Numbered from the stretch's first letter, positions 21,006-31,362 are shown. The stretch: 64,000 nucleotides of DNA from an uncultured virus (IMG/VR IMGVR_UViG_3300021197_000882) (IMGVR_UViG_3300021197_000882), one strand, 5' to 3'. The notes: generated from the sequence alone by a model not told the origin. A program made the numbers and translations.

Positions 21006-22721
21006 ATGGTAANNNNNNNNNNNNNNNNNNNNNNNNNNNNNNNNNNNNNNNNNNNNNNNNNNNNNNNNNNNNNNNNNNNNNNNNNNNNNNNNNNNNNNNN
21101 NNNNNNNNNNNNTGCCGGAGATACTACAATAGAAAACAAAGTAGCGGATAAAGACATTATTTTCAAAGTGAATGATGCTACCGCAGGTACAGTTGTGGAT
21201 AGATTGATTTTGTATGGTGATAACGACGCATCTTATCCAAATACAGAAGTAAAGATAGAAGGTTCACTGTTAGTCACAGAAGATGTAACAACAAATAAAC
21301 TTTCTATTGGATATGGTAATTCTCCTTCTACTGGCGTAGCACAAATATCCTCTTATTCTGCAACTGAGGACATAGCATTTACAGCAGGTTCGGGTAGTCC
21401 TGAGAGATTAAGAATAAAAGCAGCAGATGGAAAGGTAGGTATCGGAACTACTACTCCTTCTTCTTCTTTAGAGATACAGGATGGTTTAACCACTACGGGG
21501 GCAGTATTAACTCTATCAACAAAAGAACCAAGTGTTGTAGCAAATGATGTATTAGGTCAAATTAACTTTCAAGCCCCATTAGATACAGGAGCAGATTCGG
21601 ATTTGGTAGGTGCATCTATTCAAGCATTAGCAACCGCCACATTTAGCGATACTGTAAATGCAACAGATTTAATTTTAAAAACAGGAGCAAGTGAAACTGC
21701 TACTGAAAAGATGAGAATAACTTCTGCCGGTAATGTTGGTATTGGAACTAACGCTCCTTCTAATCCCTTGCATGTTGTTGGGAATACACTGATTGGAGAA
21801 ATTACTGGGACTTATGGAACTGCTCCTAGAAATTTAAATCTAGTTGGCCCTACTGCCGTTATGAGAGTGGCAAGAACCCATGCGACTAATGCCCCTGCTA
21901 TTGAGTTACTACAACTTAGTGCTAATGGAAATACTATGGAGTCTTATTGGGATATATTCACAGATGCAGATACATTGAGGTTTAGAACTAGAATACAAGG
22001 TTCAGCACCAAGCCAAAGCACAAATGATGTTACTGTTTTAACCATAAAAGAAAGTAATCAAAATATTGGTATTGGAACTACTACTCCTCTTAATTGCCTT
22101 CAAATTAATCACCTTGGTAATGATGAAGATAATGGGATAATGATTGTTAGAGCAGATGGCTCAACTACTGATGGAGATTTACTTGGTGGAATTGGTTTTG
22201 ATTCTACTGATGGAAATGTGCCAAGTTCCGTATTGGAAGCGTCGGCGTTTATTGCTTCTATTGCAACCGAAGACCACGGAACAGGAGATAAAGGTGGCAA
22301 TCTTAAACTCGGTGTATCGTTAATTGATGAAAATGACGATACAGTTTCAACTATTGTAGCAAATGTAGGGCAACCCGATACTATCGCTAATGCTACAACT
22401 CATGCAGGATTAAATTCTAGGGCGACAACTGCTGTTGTTGCGGCGAATACTTATGCTCCTACCGTTGGAGATTCAGGAACATTGGTTATCTTTACTCATG
22501 CTAACTCTAATCTAACTTTACCTTCTGTAAATAATACTACTAGTGTAGGAGTTCAATTTACAGTATTTAATGAAACAGGTTCAACAATTAGCGCACAAAT
22601 AGCGGTTTCTAATTCTGCCACTATTAATGGTGGTGCGGCTAGTGCTTTAGACGATATAGAAACCTATAAAGCCGCTACTTTTATTTGTAGTGGAAACAAT
22701 ACTTGGATAAGAATAGGGTGA
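21006..22721 (+). CDS. tail fibre protein, interrupted by assembly gap
   Basis: three G[KN][VI]GIGT-x-x-P repeats; continuity across the N-run is not established. Confidence 0.75.
   Translation: MVXXXXXXXXXXXXXXXXXXXXXXXXXXXXXXXXXXAGDTTIENKVADKDIIFKVNDATAGTVVDRLILYGDNDASYPNTEVKIEGSLLVTEDVTTNKLSIGYGNSPSTGVAQISSYSATEDIAFTAGSGSPERLRIKAADGKVGIGTTTPSSSLEIQDGLTTTGAVLTLSTKEPSVVANDVLGQINFQAPLDTGADSDLVGASIQALATATFSDTVNATDLILKTGASETATEKMRITSAGNVGIGTNAPSNPLHVVGNTLIGEITGTYGTAPRNLNLVGPTAVMRVARTHATNAPAIELLQLSANGNTMESYWDIFTDADTLRFRTRIQGSAPSQSTNDVTVLTIKESNQNIGIGTTTPLNCLQINHLGNDEDNGIMIVRADGSTTDGDLLGGIGFDSTDGNVPSSVLEASAFIASIATEDHGTGDKGGNLKLGVSLIDENDDTVSTIVANVGQPDTIANATTHAGLNSRATTAVVAANTYAPTVGDSGTLVIFTHANSNLTLPSVNNTTSVGVQFTVFNETGSTISAQIAVSNSATINGGAASALDDIETYKAATFICSGNNTWIRIG
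21013..21112. other. scaffold gap of 100 N
   Basis: run of N; the round number suggests unknown true length. Confidence 0.97.
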
Positions 22722-22725
22722 TTGA

Positions 22726-23544
22726 ATGGGTTTACATTGGCAATTCGGAGTTGTTCAAAATCAAACCGCTACTGGTGGCGGCGGTGGTGGCGGTAGTAGT
22801 GCAACCGGAAATGAATTAATACAAATGGCTACTAATCCAACTGGTTTTTATCCAAATCAAATAGTGGCATCATCGGGACAGGCTTTAGAATTCGGTTTCA
22901 ATAATCCGCTACATCATCCTACTAGTCCTATGCATGCTAGTAACTTCTTTAATGGGGATATAAACACCGCAGTAGACTCTTTAGAGGTAGAAATAGAAAA
23001 CTATAGTGAAGAAATAGGTTCCGACTTCTTCGCACAACTCGGCTATTCAACCGGAACTAGCCCAACAAGAGATATTGTGCATGTTCCTTTTAGCAGATTC
23101 CAATTCTGCTCTAATGTAAACAATAATGGTTATCATCCCAATTCTAAACCCAGATTACTAATTGGCGGCTACATAAGAGGTTGGGATAGTCCCAGTACAG
23201 CAAACAATAGTGGATTAACTTCTCCAACTTGGACTGTGAATAGTTCTGCTTTAATCAGCAGTAGCATAAGCAATGGTTGTAGTGTGAGTTTAGTTGATGC
23301 AGTAAATACTAGAGTAAATACCCAAGACAATAGGTTTTCCACTAACGCTACTGGAATCTATGTTAATAGTGGAACAACAACATCTTCGTTTAAATTATTA
23401 GAAGTAACTTTAGTCGCAAGTGGAAAAAGCGTCCAATGTCCCGCCGTCGGTGACACCTTTACTCTTAGAGTTAAAGCCGATGGAACAATGGCGGGTGCCG
23501 CACAAACACAAAGAAATTTTGACATAAAGGTGACTTGGGTTTAA
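22726..23544 (+). CDS. putative receptor-binding/fibre-associated protein
   Basis: poly-Gly linker near N-terminus, Ser/Thr/Asn-rich beta body; follows fibre gene. Confidence 0.55.
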   Translation: MGLHWQFGVVQNQTATGGGGGGGSSATGNELIQMATNPTGFYPNQIVASSGQALEFGFNNPLHHPTSPMHASNFFNGDINTAVDSLEVEIENYSEEIGSDFFAQLGYSTGTSPTRDIVHVPFSRFQFCSNVNNNGYHPNSKPRLLIGGYIRGWDSPSTANNSGLTSPTWTVNSSALISSSISNGCSVSLVDAVNTRVNTQDNRFSTNATGIYVNSGTTTSSFKLLEVTLVASGKSVQCPAVGDTFTLRVKADGTMAGAAQTQRNFDIKVTWV

Positions 23545-23669
23545 TGTTGATTTTGTGTCGTTTGGTTTTACTTTTTTCAATCGGTTTTATTTTAGGCTTT
23601 GTTGCTATTTACTTAACTTACGATAAAAAACAAACTATAGGGTTTATTATACTAGATGAAGAAAACTAA
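23544..23669 (+). CDS. 41 aa single-TM peptide (not in ORF track)
   Basis: MLILCRLVLLFSIGFILGFVAIYLTYDKK...; TAATG overlap with upstream stop. Confidence 0.5.
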   Translation: MLILCRLVLLFSIGFILGFVAIYLTYDKKQTIGFIILDEEN

Positions 23670-23743
23670 AACTGAGCCTTCTAATTTAATCGAAAATAAG
23701 GGTTTTTTCTCTTAATTTAAAAATTGGCGATTTTTAAAAAACC

Positions 23744-23789
23744 AAAAAAAAAAGCGGCAGAGGAGAGTTTTATTTCTCCTCTACCGCTT
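23744..23789 (-). terminator. hairpin plus poly-U terminator at convergence of the two arms
   Basis: AAGCGGCAGAGGAGA / TCTCCTCTACCGCTT stem; the C-A mismatch becomes a U-G pair on the - strand, followed by a U-run. Confidence 0.75.
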
Positions 23790-23927
23790 AGTCTTACTAG
23801 ACCAAACAACTAAACAATGTCTACATTCCCACAAATTAATCTGTTCATTAGAACCTAGATAGAATCCTCTAATCCTTCTAGGTATTGTTAATTCATTACA
23901 ATACACGCAAACTTCTTTTAATGCCAT
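23781..23927 (-). CDS. 48 aa zinc-ribbon protein (not in ORF track)
   Basis: CVYC...WECRHC; start overlaps upstream stop. Confidence 0.6.
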   Translation of the reverse strand: MALKEVCVYCNELTIPRRIRGFYLGSNEQINLWECRHCLVVWSSKTKR

Positions 23928-24079
23928 TACTTAACGCCTTTGTTGTCTTCTCGCATCAAACGCTTCATATAGTCTTCAACGCTTTGGTCGGTTATATTAG
24001 AACCACCAAATGCGGCAAAGAATAGAAGCATAAGAACGATTAAAAAAGCAACAAGGCCGAACCAATCCCAACCTGTCAT
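23927..24079 (-). CDS. 50 aa single-TM protein (not in ORF track)
   Basis: MTGWDWFGLVAFLIVLMLLFFAAFGGS...; coupled on both sides. Confidence 0.65.
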   Translation of the reverse strand: MTGWDWFGLVAFLIVLMLLFFAAFGGSNITDQSVEDYMKRLMREDNKGVK

Positions 24080-24708
24080 CACCAATCAACCTCCAATTCT
24101 TTATGTTCTCCCTTATCAATAGAGAATGCTTTTATCTTACCTTCACTTTTTCCTATTTGCCATAAATCATAAACTAATTGAGTATCTTTCATACAATACT
24201 CTACTACTTCATCAAACTGACCCATCTTCCATAGTCTAGGAGCATCGGCACTTTCCATTAATTTAGAATCGTTCATCGTACATTTTACTAAATTCTTAAG
24301 TTGGAATCTTTCTTTATGTTCCTTTAACAGAATCTTAGAAGTATCTATGTATTGCTTATTTTTAATATACTTATTAATACAATAGATATCCATAGAGTCT
24401 CTAAGAATAGGTAAATCAAAGGCGGCTATATTATGCCCTAGTAATTTAACACCTTTTTCAAAACTGTCGTCTAAATCATACTTTAGTTCTCTAAGAGATT
24501 TAATTACATGGCCGGATTTAGCAAAATTATCTACTCTTTCATCGACATAAACAGTTCCATTACTGCCATCCCAAGTAGCCACTGTAGATACTTGAAACAT
24601 ATGGGTGTTTCCGAAACCACCTATTTCATGTGACATATTTTTAGTTTCTATGTCAAGTGCCAAGACTGACATAGTATCACTTGCCATCGGCAGACCAAAG
24701 TTTAGCAA
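24079..24708 (-). CDS. DEDD-type (DnaQ/RNase H-like) 3'-5' exonuclease
   Basis: LDIETK, GHNIAAFDLP, YCMKD motifs; true start probably about 20-40 nt further in. Confidence 0.85.
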   Translation of the reverse strand: MLNFGLPMASDTMSVLALDIETKNMSHEIGGFGNTHMFQVSTVATWDGSNGTVYVDERVDNFAKSGHVIKSLRELKYDLDDSFEKGVKLLGHNIAAFDLPILRDSMDIYCINKYIKNKQYIDTSKILLKEHKERFQLKNLVKCTMNDSKLMESADAPRLWKMGQFDEVVEYCMKDTQLVYDLWQIGKSEGKIKAFSIDKGEHKELEVDW

Positions 24709-24904
24709 TCTTTTGTTCTTCTTTGTCTTCTTTAGGTTCAGGTGTTCCAGTTTTTCTCTTTAGAAACGCTACTATTTGATTACCCGCAACAAGAAGCATG
24801 GAACAAGTTTCCCATCCTTCTTTACCGTAGTTATCTAACGATTCTATTATTACTTTTGGCCCTTTACTTACTTCAAACACTAAAAATGTATTTTCCCATG
24901 TCAT
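24677..24904 (-). CDS. DUF4177-like small protein
   Basis: WE...LDNYGKEGWE...FLKR pattern. Confidence 0.6.
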   Translation of the reverse strand: MTWENTFLVFEVSKGPKVIIESLDNYGKEGWETCSMLLVAGNQIVAFLKRKTGTPEPKEDKEEQKIAKLWSADGK

Positions 24905-26490
24905 TATTCTTCACCTTCTTTCTTTTTTAATCGTATATAATTACTTCTGCCTTCTCTAATCTCTTCAAACAGTTCTTTTGCATGTTTTTTGTAGACTTCG
25001 TATGCTTGTGACCTTGATAGTTTTAATTTGTCTTTGGCTTTCAGCATATACATTTTCTTATTTACAAAGCCTTTGTCATCCTTCTTCATTTCATCATAAG
25101 TTGAGGTAAACATAGTTAGATAAGTTTCTCCTGCCTTTGCTGTTGTCGGCTTTCTGCTTCTCAGGCTTCGCTCTAACCACTCTAACAATGTTTTATAACA
25201 TTGTCGGACAATTAGACCTGCTGAACGAACATTGTTCTCTGTAACCTTGAATCTATCTTCTTCTTCTCTCTCAAGTGTTTCTGCTATGCAACATAAAGTA
25301 GACACTTTCATCAAAGTCACCATTATTCTAGATAGAAAGGTTCCGGCCAACTTTGATACCTTTTCATTAGTACCTTTCATCTCACGCAGTAATTGTTCAT
25401 AGGCAGTAATTATACTGGAACGATATTCGTCGGTATATTCTATCGTTAATAGGGGATTGCCGCCTTTTTCATAAAATCTTTTTCTAAGGGCTTTGTAAAT
25501 CTTAAACATATCCTCTGAAAAATTGTCTACTGGCTCCTTTACCTCCTCAATAGTTCCCGATTTACGGTATTGCTTTAGACGCATTTCATGTTGTTTATAG
25601 GCAGGAACTTCCCAAATATACAATAGCATTCTTTGTAATACTCCCTTCTCTGCCATTACTTGATTAATGTTGTTAGGAGGATAAGTTGTGGCAAACACCG
25701 ACCTCATGGCATAGCAATTCATTATTCTACCTTGTTGAGAATCTAAGGCTTTACTAATTATCCACCCTTTACCGGCCAAAGAGTTCATGAAGGTATTTAG
25801 ATATACAATAGAATTTTCTTTGTGTTGAGATTGTTTGAAGATGCCCGAATATTCGAACTCATCCCAATGGGCTAACCCCATTCCTTCCAATACTCCTGCT
25901 CTACGCTTAAAATCCCTGTCTCCTGCATCAGTTAAGATTTGGTCAAACTTACCAATTAAAGAAGAATCAGTATAATCTATAACACTAAAGGTATTGAATT
26001 TTACAGGGTTGTCTTCGTTGTCTCTAAGGGGCAAACCGTTGGGACTTTCTTCACTAAACCGCTTTCCTCCTACCTTAGTATCGGGGTCTATAAACGGAGG
26101 GTGTAGTCCTTCTGTATTTATTTTATCAAATACGGCTTCCGATACTCCTTCTACAAAATTCCATAAGGTAGTTTTACCAGTTCCCGAAGTTTGAACCCAA
26201 CAAAAGTGGACTCTAACATCTTCATGGTTTCTGCCATTTGGTATATGTGCAAAGTCTTTACATATATTTCCTAATATAGTAAAATAACTTATACTAGCCG
26301 GTATTGCGTTATAGTGAGAAACTTCTTCAGCAGACTTAACATATTCTAAAACCGCCTTTGGTAGAGATTCTTTATACGCTCTCTCTTGCTCAACTAATAC
26401 ATTGTCATATTCTTTATAGTCGTCTATGTCAGCATACAGTTCTTGATTTCCTTTTATTTCAAATTCATTATTATCGTTATTTTCATTCAT
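24904..26490 (-). CDS. AAA+ ATPase, divergent MCM-like replicative helicase candidate
   Basis: Walker A SGTGKT, Walker B HWDEFE, LQRM arginine-finger-like motif, probable C-terminal winged helix; adjacent to primase. Confidence 0.65.
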   Translation of the reverse strand: MNENNDNNEFEIKGNQELYADIDDYKEYDNVLVEQERAYKESLPKAVLEYVKSAEEVSHYNAIPASISYFTILGNICKDFAHIPNGRNHEDVRVHFCWVQTSGTGKTTLWNFVEGVSEAVFDKINTEGLHPPFIDPDTKVGGKRFSEESPNGLPLRDNEDNPVKFNTFSVIDYTDSSLIGKFDQILTDAGDRDFKRRAGVLEGMGLAHWDEFEYSGIFKQSQHKENSIVYLNTFMNSLAGKGWIISKALDSQQGRIMNCYAMRSVFATTYPPNNINQVMAEKGVLQRMLLYIWEVPAYKQHEMRLKQYRKSGTIEEVKEPVDNFSEDMFKIYKALRKRFYEKGGNPLLTIEYTDEYRSSIITAYEQLLREMKGTNEKVSKLAGTFLSRIMVTLMKVSTLCCIAETLEREEEDRFKVTENNVRSAGLIVRQCYKTLLEWLERSLRSRKPTTAKAGETYLTMFTSTYDEMKKDDKGFVNKKMYMLKAKDKLKLSRSQAYEVYKKHAKELFEEIREGRSNYIRLKKKEGEE

Positions 26491-27176
26491 ATTTTCACCT
26501 TGTTTTCGGAGTTTAAAGTAGAGAGTATTCTTTTAGATAGGGTGTCTCCAAACCCTTCTAATTTACACAATTCTGAAACTGTGCATTCTCCTATTTCCAT
26601 TATAGAACCGAAGTTCTTAATTAACAATTTTGCTTTTTTTATTGATACTCCTTTTATACTAGTTAGTAAATCTAGTCTAAGGTCATCGGTTGATAGCCTT
26701 TTGTGTACTTGTGGTCTTATAGTGTCTCTATTAACAGGTTTTACTTTACTAACAGAGGTTATAACTAAAGCCGCCTCTTCCTCGGATTTTAACCATATTG
26801 GTTTTATGTCCGTATCTAATATAATTCTAGATAGTGCGCCTAAGAACTTGTTGTGAAATAATTTTATTCTACCATGTACAGGTAGATTACTCCTACTATT
26901 TTCTATTACTTTCATTATTGCTTTATCTAAATCGCCATAGATAAGTAATATGTTATTCTTATAACATCTGTCCATGTTATCTAGTTGAGTCCACATTCTT
27001 TTACTTAGAACAGAACCCAAAAAATCTACTGCTGATTTGGCTTCAAAACATACATCATCATAGACATAATCTCCGACTTCTATCCACTTAATATCTGTTT
27101 TAATATTAAGAGACTTAGCCTTCTTTTTTACTAGGTCGGCTAGCAAAGATTTTTCTCTTGAGTCAATTGTCAACAC
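26487..27176 (-). CDS. ERCC4/XPF-family nuclease with HhH domain
   Basis: IDSRE, GDY, EAKSAVD motifs; two HhH motifs IKGVS and LEGFG. Confidence 0.9.
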   Translation of the reverse strand: MLTIDSREKSLLADLVKKKAKSLNIKTDIKWIEVGDYVYDDVCFEAKSAVDFLGSVLSKRMWTQLDNMDRCYKNNILLIYGDLDKAIMKVIENSRSNLPVHGRIKLFHNKFLGALSRIILDTDIKPIWLKSEEEAALVITSVSKVKPVNRDTIRPQVHKRLSTDDLRLDLLTSIKGVSIKKAKLLIKNFGSIMEIGECTVSELCKLEGFGDTLSKRILSTLNSENKVKI

Positions 27177-28212
27177 TTGAATACCTCCAACATTTTCCTA
27201 TGCACAAACCTTCGTTAATTAACTTATCACAGTGGGGGGTATTGTAGTTTCCATAAACAGTAAACTTAGCATGGTTTTTCGTAGTAGTCTTATCCCAATC
27301 TAGCCAAGTATCTTGAGAGTTAGCGAACACCCTTTCTAACTCGTCTACTACTAGATTTAAAGTATCTTCCTTTTGCTTAAGGGTAGTCAAGTTTTGATAT
27401 CCTGAAATCAAGTCACGATACCAAGATACTAGGTATGCTCTAGATAGATGAGAGGGGTTCTCTGTCATTACTGCGTTGTAAAGACACGGTAGTATAGGCA
27501 TAGAACCTAGTGTTTTAGGAACAGTCACTTCACCGTCTATCTCTCTTAATGGAGGGGAAGTAGGGAAGACCGCTTTATGTTTACCATTTATCTTTCTCTT
27601 TGGGCTTCTAGGTTTTGTGGCTAGGTTTAGTATTTCTTCCACACTTAGATTAAGGTCATCTTCGCATAAAGGAATACAGAATAACATTTCTCCGTTGGCG
27701 TTAGTCGCTGACATATTTACCGTATTCGGCATCCTTCTAAGTCTAGTGGTTTGACCAACTCTCTCATCTAGTGTATTATTGAATCCTCTATTGTAGCCTA
27801 AATAATGCTTGGCCTGTCTAAAATAATACTGTATGTTTCTTATAGTGTCTGTTACCTCACCGTGTACAAATAGATGGAATCCTCTACCCGAAAAGAAAAG
27901 ATTGTAATTGGCTTCTTTAACAAAATCAATTACACATTTTGTATCTTCCCAAGCCTTTTTCAAGTCTTCTTCATGTGCATCAAAATCAAAGAATATTCTG
28001 TTTAGAATAACAGAGGAGTCTACCTTCGCAGTCTCGCTAAACTCATCAAAATCGTACACTGTAGTATAGACATTAGCCTTACCATTATGCGAACTTACAA
28101 ACCTTTGAAATTGTTTCTTATTCCTTACTATTATTCTTTTCATCTGTGGTGCGTTCTTTATGTGACTTCCTGCCCACATTTCCCTCGGAAACTTCATTTT
28201 TATTACCTCCAA
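27163..28212 (-). CDS. archaeo-eukaryotic primase, PriS fused to PriL-type Fe-S domain
   Basis: FFDFD, FSGRGFH, RLRRMPNTVN; C-terminal LPC...PHC...GLC.GKC. Confidence 0.9.
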   Translation of the reverse strand: MEVIKMKFPREMWAGSHIKNAPQMKRIIVRNKKQFQRFVSSHNGKANVYTTVYDFDEFSETAKVDSSVILNRIFFDFDAHEEDLKKAWEDTKCVIDFVKEANYNLFFSGRGFHLFVHGEVTDTIRNIQYYFRQAKHYLGYNRGFNNTLDERVGQTTRLRRMPNTVNMSATNANGEMLFCIPLCEDDLNLSVEEILNLATKPRSPKRKINGKHKAVFPTSPPLREIDGEVTVPKTLGSMPILPCLYNAVMTENPSHLSRAYLVSWYRDLISGYQNLTTLKQKEDTLNLVVDELERVFANSQDTWLDWDKTTTKNHAKFTVYGNYNTPHCDKLINEGLCIGKCWRYSSVDN

Positions 28213-28483
28213 AATTTACTGTTGCTCTACTGAGCATTATTTTTATTTTATCCGCTACTTCTGCTTTTAGACTCATTAATACTAATTCTGCTATTGCTTG
28301 TTCTATAGGAACTCCTACGAAAGATTCGTTTATTCTCAGTTCTTTTATGAGATTATATCTTTCTTCTAAAGTTAGTTCACCCATTATTTCTCTAGAAAGA
28401 GTTTCTATGGTTGCTTGTATATTACTTATTTCTTGAAAAGTCCAATCTTTACCTAGAACTTTATTTTCTATTATTTTATTCAC
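28118..28483 (-). CDS. hypothetical protein
   Basis: 121 aa ORF, GTG start after GAGG. Confidence 0.65.
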   Translation of the reverse strand: MNKIIENKVLGKDWTFQEISNIQATIETLSREIMGELTLEERYNLIKELRINESFVGVPIEQAIAELVLMSLKAEVADKIKIMLSRATVNFGGNKNEVSEGNVGRKSHKERTTDEKNNSKE

Positions 28484-28589
28484 GCCGTCACTTCCTCATA
28501 TCTATTCATTAGTATCTCAGCCAATTCGTATTGACCTAGATGCTGTATTATTGTTATAGCGTCTATTGCTATTTGGTTGATTGAATCAT

Positions 28590-28838
28590 TCATACTTTAG
28601 CCTCCTTGAATACTACCATATAAGGTTCTTTATGTTTCATAAGTAGCACACTATGTTCGCAATCTTCGCCATTAATTTTCTGAGTTTTTACCCAGTCGGT
28701 TATCTCTTCATACAATTTCATATTGTATTCAAGTTTGGTTGGCCTTAAACGAATTCTAGCAAAGGTTTCTCCATTAGGAGACTTATCATATTCTACAATA
28801 GCGTTTCCGTTATCAAATTCTAAATTCATGATATCCAA
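28590..28838 (-). CDS. hypothetical protein
   Basis: 82 aa ORF within operon. Confidence 0.6.
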   Translation of the reverse strand: MDIMNLEFDNGNAIVEYDKSPNGETFARIRLRPTKLEYNMKLYEEITDWVKTQKINGEDCEHSVLLMKHKEPYMVVFKEAKV

Positions 28839-29728
28839 CTCTCTAAGTTACCGTCACAAATAGCAAAATAACTACAGTGAGCGCAAGTTTTGTAAAAGTA
28901 TTTAGTACCAAAATGGTCTTGTTCATAAGCATGAAGAAGTTTAGCAAGATTGTTCTTAACAGAGGTCATAGTTCTTGTCTTAACTGGCTCTACTTGGACA
29001 TGGTTAGATACAGGATAGTACCAACCCCAATGGGTTATAGGCATATCTTTACTTAAGCCGAAGTTTTCTAAAACTGTGTCAGTCGCACTCTCTAGTAGTA
29101 GTTGATAGAAAGCCATTTCTTTACGCATACTTGTTGCCTTGTAGTCTTTCCATCCACCAGTCTTGTATTCAAAGAGAATAATTTTTCCGTCTTCTACGAA
29201 GATTCTATCTATTATCCCCTGTATATGTATTACATAATCTCTAGTTAAGGGAAACTTTTCATTAGTATCTGCCGCTATTGTTATCTCTGCATCAAACATT
29301 CCTTCATTTACAGCAGGTAAAAATTCATGAACTTTATTTTCTTTCTGTGCATCAATAAACCTCTGTGCTTCAAAGGCCGCAACTGTTAAAGAAATATCAT
29401 AATAGTCATCTATTGGCATTAGTCCAGTACAGTATTCTAAAACTTCTTGCTCATCCATAGGGGCTGCTTTCTTGATGTCGAATATATTAAAGAAATCTTC
29501 TCTATGGTTGTGTAAAACAGTTCCCTTTAACATGGCTTCAGTAGTGTCTTGAGGCAGTCTTTCTATGTAGTTAAACTCGTACTTCTTTGGACACCAATCG
29601 AAAGAACCTAGTGAAGATTTACTTACCTTCAATATGGGTTCTTCCGGCTTATTGTAATTCTCAGGTTTCCATTTGTATGTGTATTTTTTCATATTCTTTA
29701 TTTCATTTTCATAATTCATTAAAACCAC
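28826..29728 (-). CDS. Cas4-like PD-(D/E)XK exonuclease
   Basis: WCP, GTVLH, GIIDRI, EYKTG, YQL and C-terminal CxxCxxxxxC Fe-S staple. Confidence 0.88.
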   Translation of the reverse strand: MVLMNYENEIKNMKKYTYKWKPENYNKPEEPILKVSKSSLGSFDWCPKKYEFNYIERLPQDTTEAMLKGTVLHNHREDFFNIFDIKKAAPMDEQEVLEYCTGLMPIDDYYDISLTVAAFEAQRFIDAQKENKVHEFLPAVNEGMFDAEITIAADTNEKFPLTRDYVIHIQGIIDRIFVEDGKIILFEYKTGGWKDYKATSMRKEMAFYQLLLESATDTVLENFGLSKDMPITHWGWYYPVSNHVQVEPVKTRTMTSVKNNLAKLLHAYEQDHFGTKYFYKTCAHCSYFAICDGNLESWIS

Positions 29729-30612
29729 TCTCCTAGTGTTTTTTGTATTGTTCCTGTTCTTATGTTAGATATATCCCAATTCATAGCCCTGTATATGGGT
29801 TCTGCTTTTTTTACCACTTGTTCCGAATAGTGTTTCCAATCGGGAGAACAGTTTTCAAAGTCCTTATAGTTAGACCCCGACATATACTGTACTTGTTTTA
29901 CAGCCTTAGTCAAAGGATGTATAAAGGTATCTTTGCTTACTACCTTTAGATATAGATAAGAATCATCGAAGTTGTTCAAGTTATTTTGGCAAGCATAGAT
30001 TACTCCTGCTATTCCTGAACCTATACTGGGATTTCTATCCTCTAAGGTCTTAAAGGAAGAGGGACTTGCACTACATTTCTTACAATAATTTACCTCTTCC
30101 ATTTCTCTTAAATCATACTTAGTACGACAGTTCGGGCATTTCACTGTGAATCTGTCTTCTCTAAGCCTACTTCTTTTGATAACATTCTCTATAGGATAAT
30201 TTCCTTCAACAACATTTCTAAAGGTATTACTTAGTCTAGAGTTTATTTCTTCTAGAGAGTCTTGAGATACCCACCACTTCAAAACATTAGTTTGAACTTC
30301 TTTGGATAATTTAGTTTCACTTACTCTCTTAGCAGTAAATCCAGTCATGGTAAACTTAGGCTCATCAAGCCATTTACCGTCCTCCCAAGTAATCATCCCT
30401 GCATTTCTATTCTTAGTTGTTCCAACACCCAATGCTGAGTAATATTTTTCAAACTCCAACACTACTGGGTGTTCTTCTAGGTTCATGATATTGGGGAAGT
30501 GTTCTCTTACACTAGACTCAATCTCTTTAATTGCTTCTTCTGCTTTCTCAACAGAATCTATTTGCACATATATTGAATCTGTGTGTCCATAAACTACCTT
30601 CATGTTAATCAC
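29719..30612 (-). CDS. polB: family B DNA polymerase, C-terminal subunit
   Basis: YGHTDS motif C, LEFEK, KNRNAG; CPNC...CKKC zinc-finger insertion. Confidence 0.9.
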   Translation of the reverse strand: MINMKVVYGHTDSIYVQIDSVEKAEEAIKEIESSVREHFPNIMNLEEHPVVLEFEKYYSALGVGTTKNRNAGMITWEDGKWLDEPKFTMTGFTAKRVSETKLSKEVQTNVLKWWVSQDSLEEINSRLSNTFRNVVEGNYPIENVIKRSRLREDRFTVKCPNCRTKYDLREMEEVNYCKKCSASPSSFKTLEDRNPSIGSGIAGVIYACQNNLNNFDDSYLYLKVVSKDTFIHPLTKAVKQVQYMSGSNYKDFENCSPDWKHYSEQVVKKAEPIYRAMNWDISNIRTGTIQKTLGEWF

Positions 30613-30806
30613 TTTCTAAGTGTGTGGCAAGGATAGTATTGTACATCGTAGCCATTAGACTGTTTTATTAGAAATTCTTGTATTTCTCTTACCGCTTTTC
30701 CAACTTTATTAGTATTCTCTAATTGTTGTTCTAGTTCATCCAAGTCATTCTCCAATCCTTTAATCTTCATTTCTAATTCTTCAATTTTCTTATCTTTATT
30801 ATTCAT
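30609..30806 (-). CDS. small coiled-coil protein
   Basis: heptad pattern; coupled ORF. Confidence 0.65.
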   Translation of the reverse strand: MNNKDKKIEELEMKIKGLENDLDELEQQLENTNKVGKAVREIQEFLIKQSNGYDVQYYPCHTLRK

Positions 30807-30937
30807 ATTATCACCGTTACTATTGTTATGATGGTTATGATGTTTACGATATTTACCATCATCAATATCTTATTGCTTCTTGCTATCATAGCAAGTAAGT
30901 CTTCTAGCAGTTCATTAGTCTTATCCATCATTGACAT
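30803..30937 (-). CDS. 44 aa protein with C-terminal TM helix (not in ORF track)
   Basis: MSMMDKTNELLEDLLAMIARSNKILMMVNIVNIITIITIVTVII; ATGA overlap with next gene. Confidence 0.55.
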   Translation of the reverse strand: MSMMDKTNELLEDLLAMIARSNKILMMVNIVNIITIITIVTVII

Positions 30938-31091
30938 GACTATCTGCTCCTTGTTTTATTTCAATAATAGTTGCTTTACGCTTTAAGTTAGTTAGCATTT
31001 CTATTATATCTTTAATATCTTTTTCTGTTTCTTTCCATGTTTCTTCACTATCGTATTCTACTTTAGTGGTTATGTACTTTGTGTATTTCAT
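30921..31091 (-). CDS. 56 aa hypothetical protein (not in ORF track)
   Basis: GGTGA RBS, MKYTKYITTKVEYDSEETWK... Confidence 0.55.
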   Translation of the reverse strand: MKYTKYITTKVEYDSEETWKETEKDIKDIIEMLTNLKRKATIIEIKQGADSHVNDG

Positions 31092-31354
31092 TTACTCACC
31101 TTCCTGTATCTTCCGTCTCCCAATCCTTCTAGGTCTTTTTTCTTAGATAGAATCATACCTACTGATTGTGTGTTTCCAATATATCGACTAGTACCCTTTA
31201 GTTCTATAACCTTGGAAACCACATTACCTACAGTAAATTCGTTTTCCATCAAAGGTATCACTTCATCAATCCATTTTCTAAAATGTTTATTCATTCCCAT
31301 TTTCTTTACGCTCCTCTTCTGCCGCACATCTCTTACAGTATACTTTGCCTTCAA
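31088..31354 (-). CDS. small basic protein, possible winged helix
   Basis: 88 aa, TQSVGMILSK...GDGRY. Confidence 0.55.
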   Translation of the reverse strand: MKAKYTVRDVRQKRSVKKMGMNKHFRKWIDEVIPLMENEFTVGNVVSKVIELKGTSRYIGNTQSVGMILSKKKDLEGLGDGRYRKVSK

Positions 31355-31362
31355 ATTCCGGC

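Noticed and set aside
20972..21166. ORFs reading through the N-run
   Set aside because: Assembly gap; frame and length across it are unknown, so the - strand ORF is an artefact and the fibre N-terminus is unresolved.
24677..24904. ORF starting MTWEN as a thirteenth tagged gene
   Set aside because: It lacks the I[LI]K part, lies in the replication arm, and its WE belongs to a DUF4177-like pattern.
28826..29728. Cas4 as evidence of a CRISPR-Cas system
   Set aside because: Solo Cas4-like nucleases are common in replication modules of archaeal viruses; there are no other cas genes or arrays.
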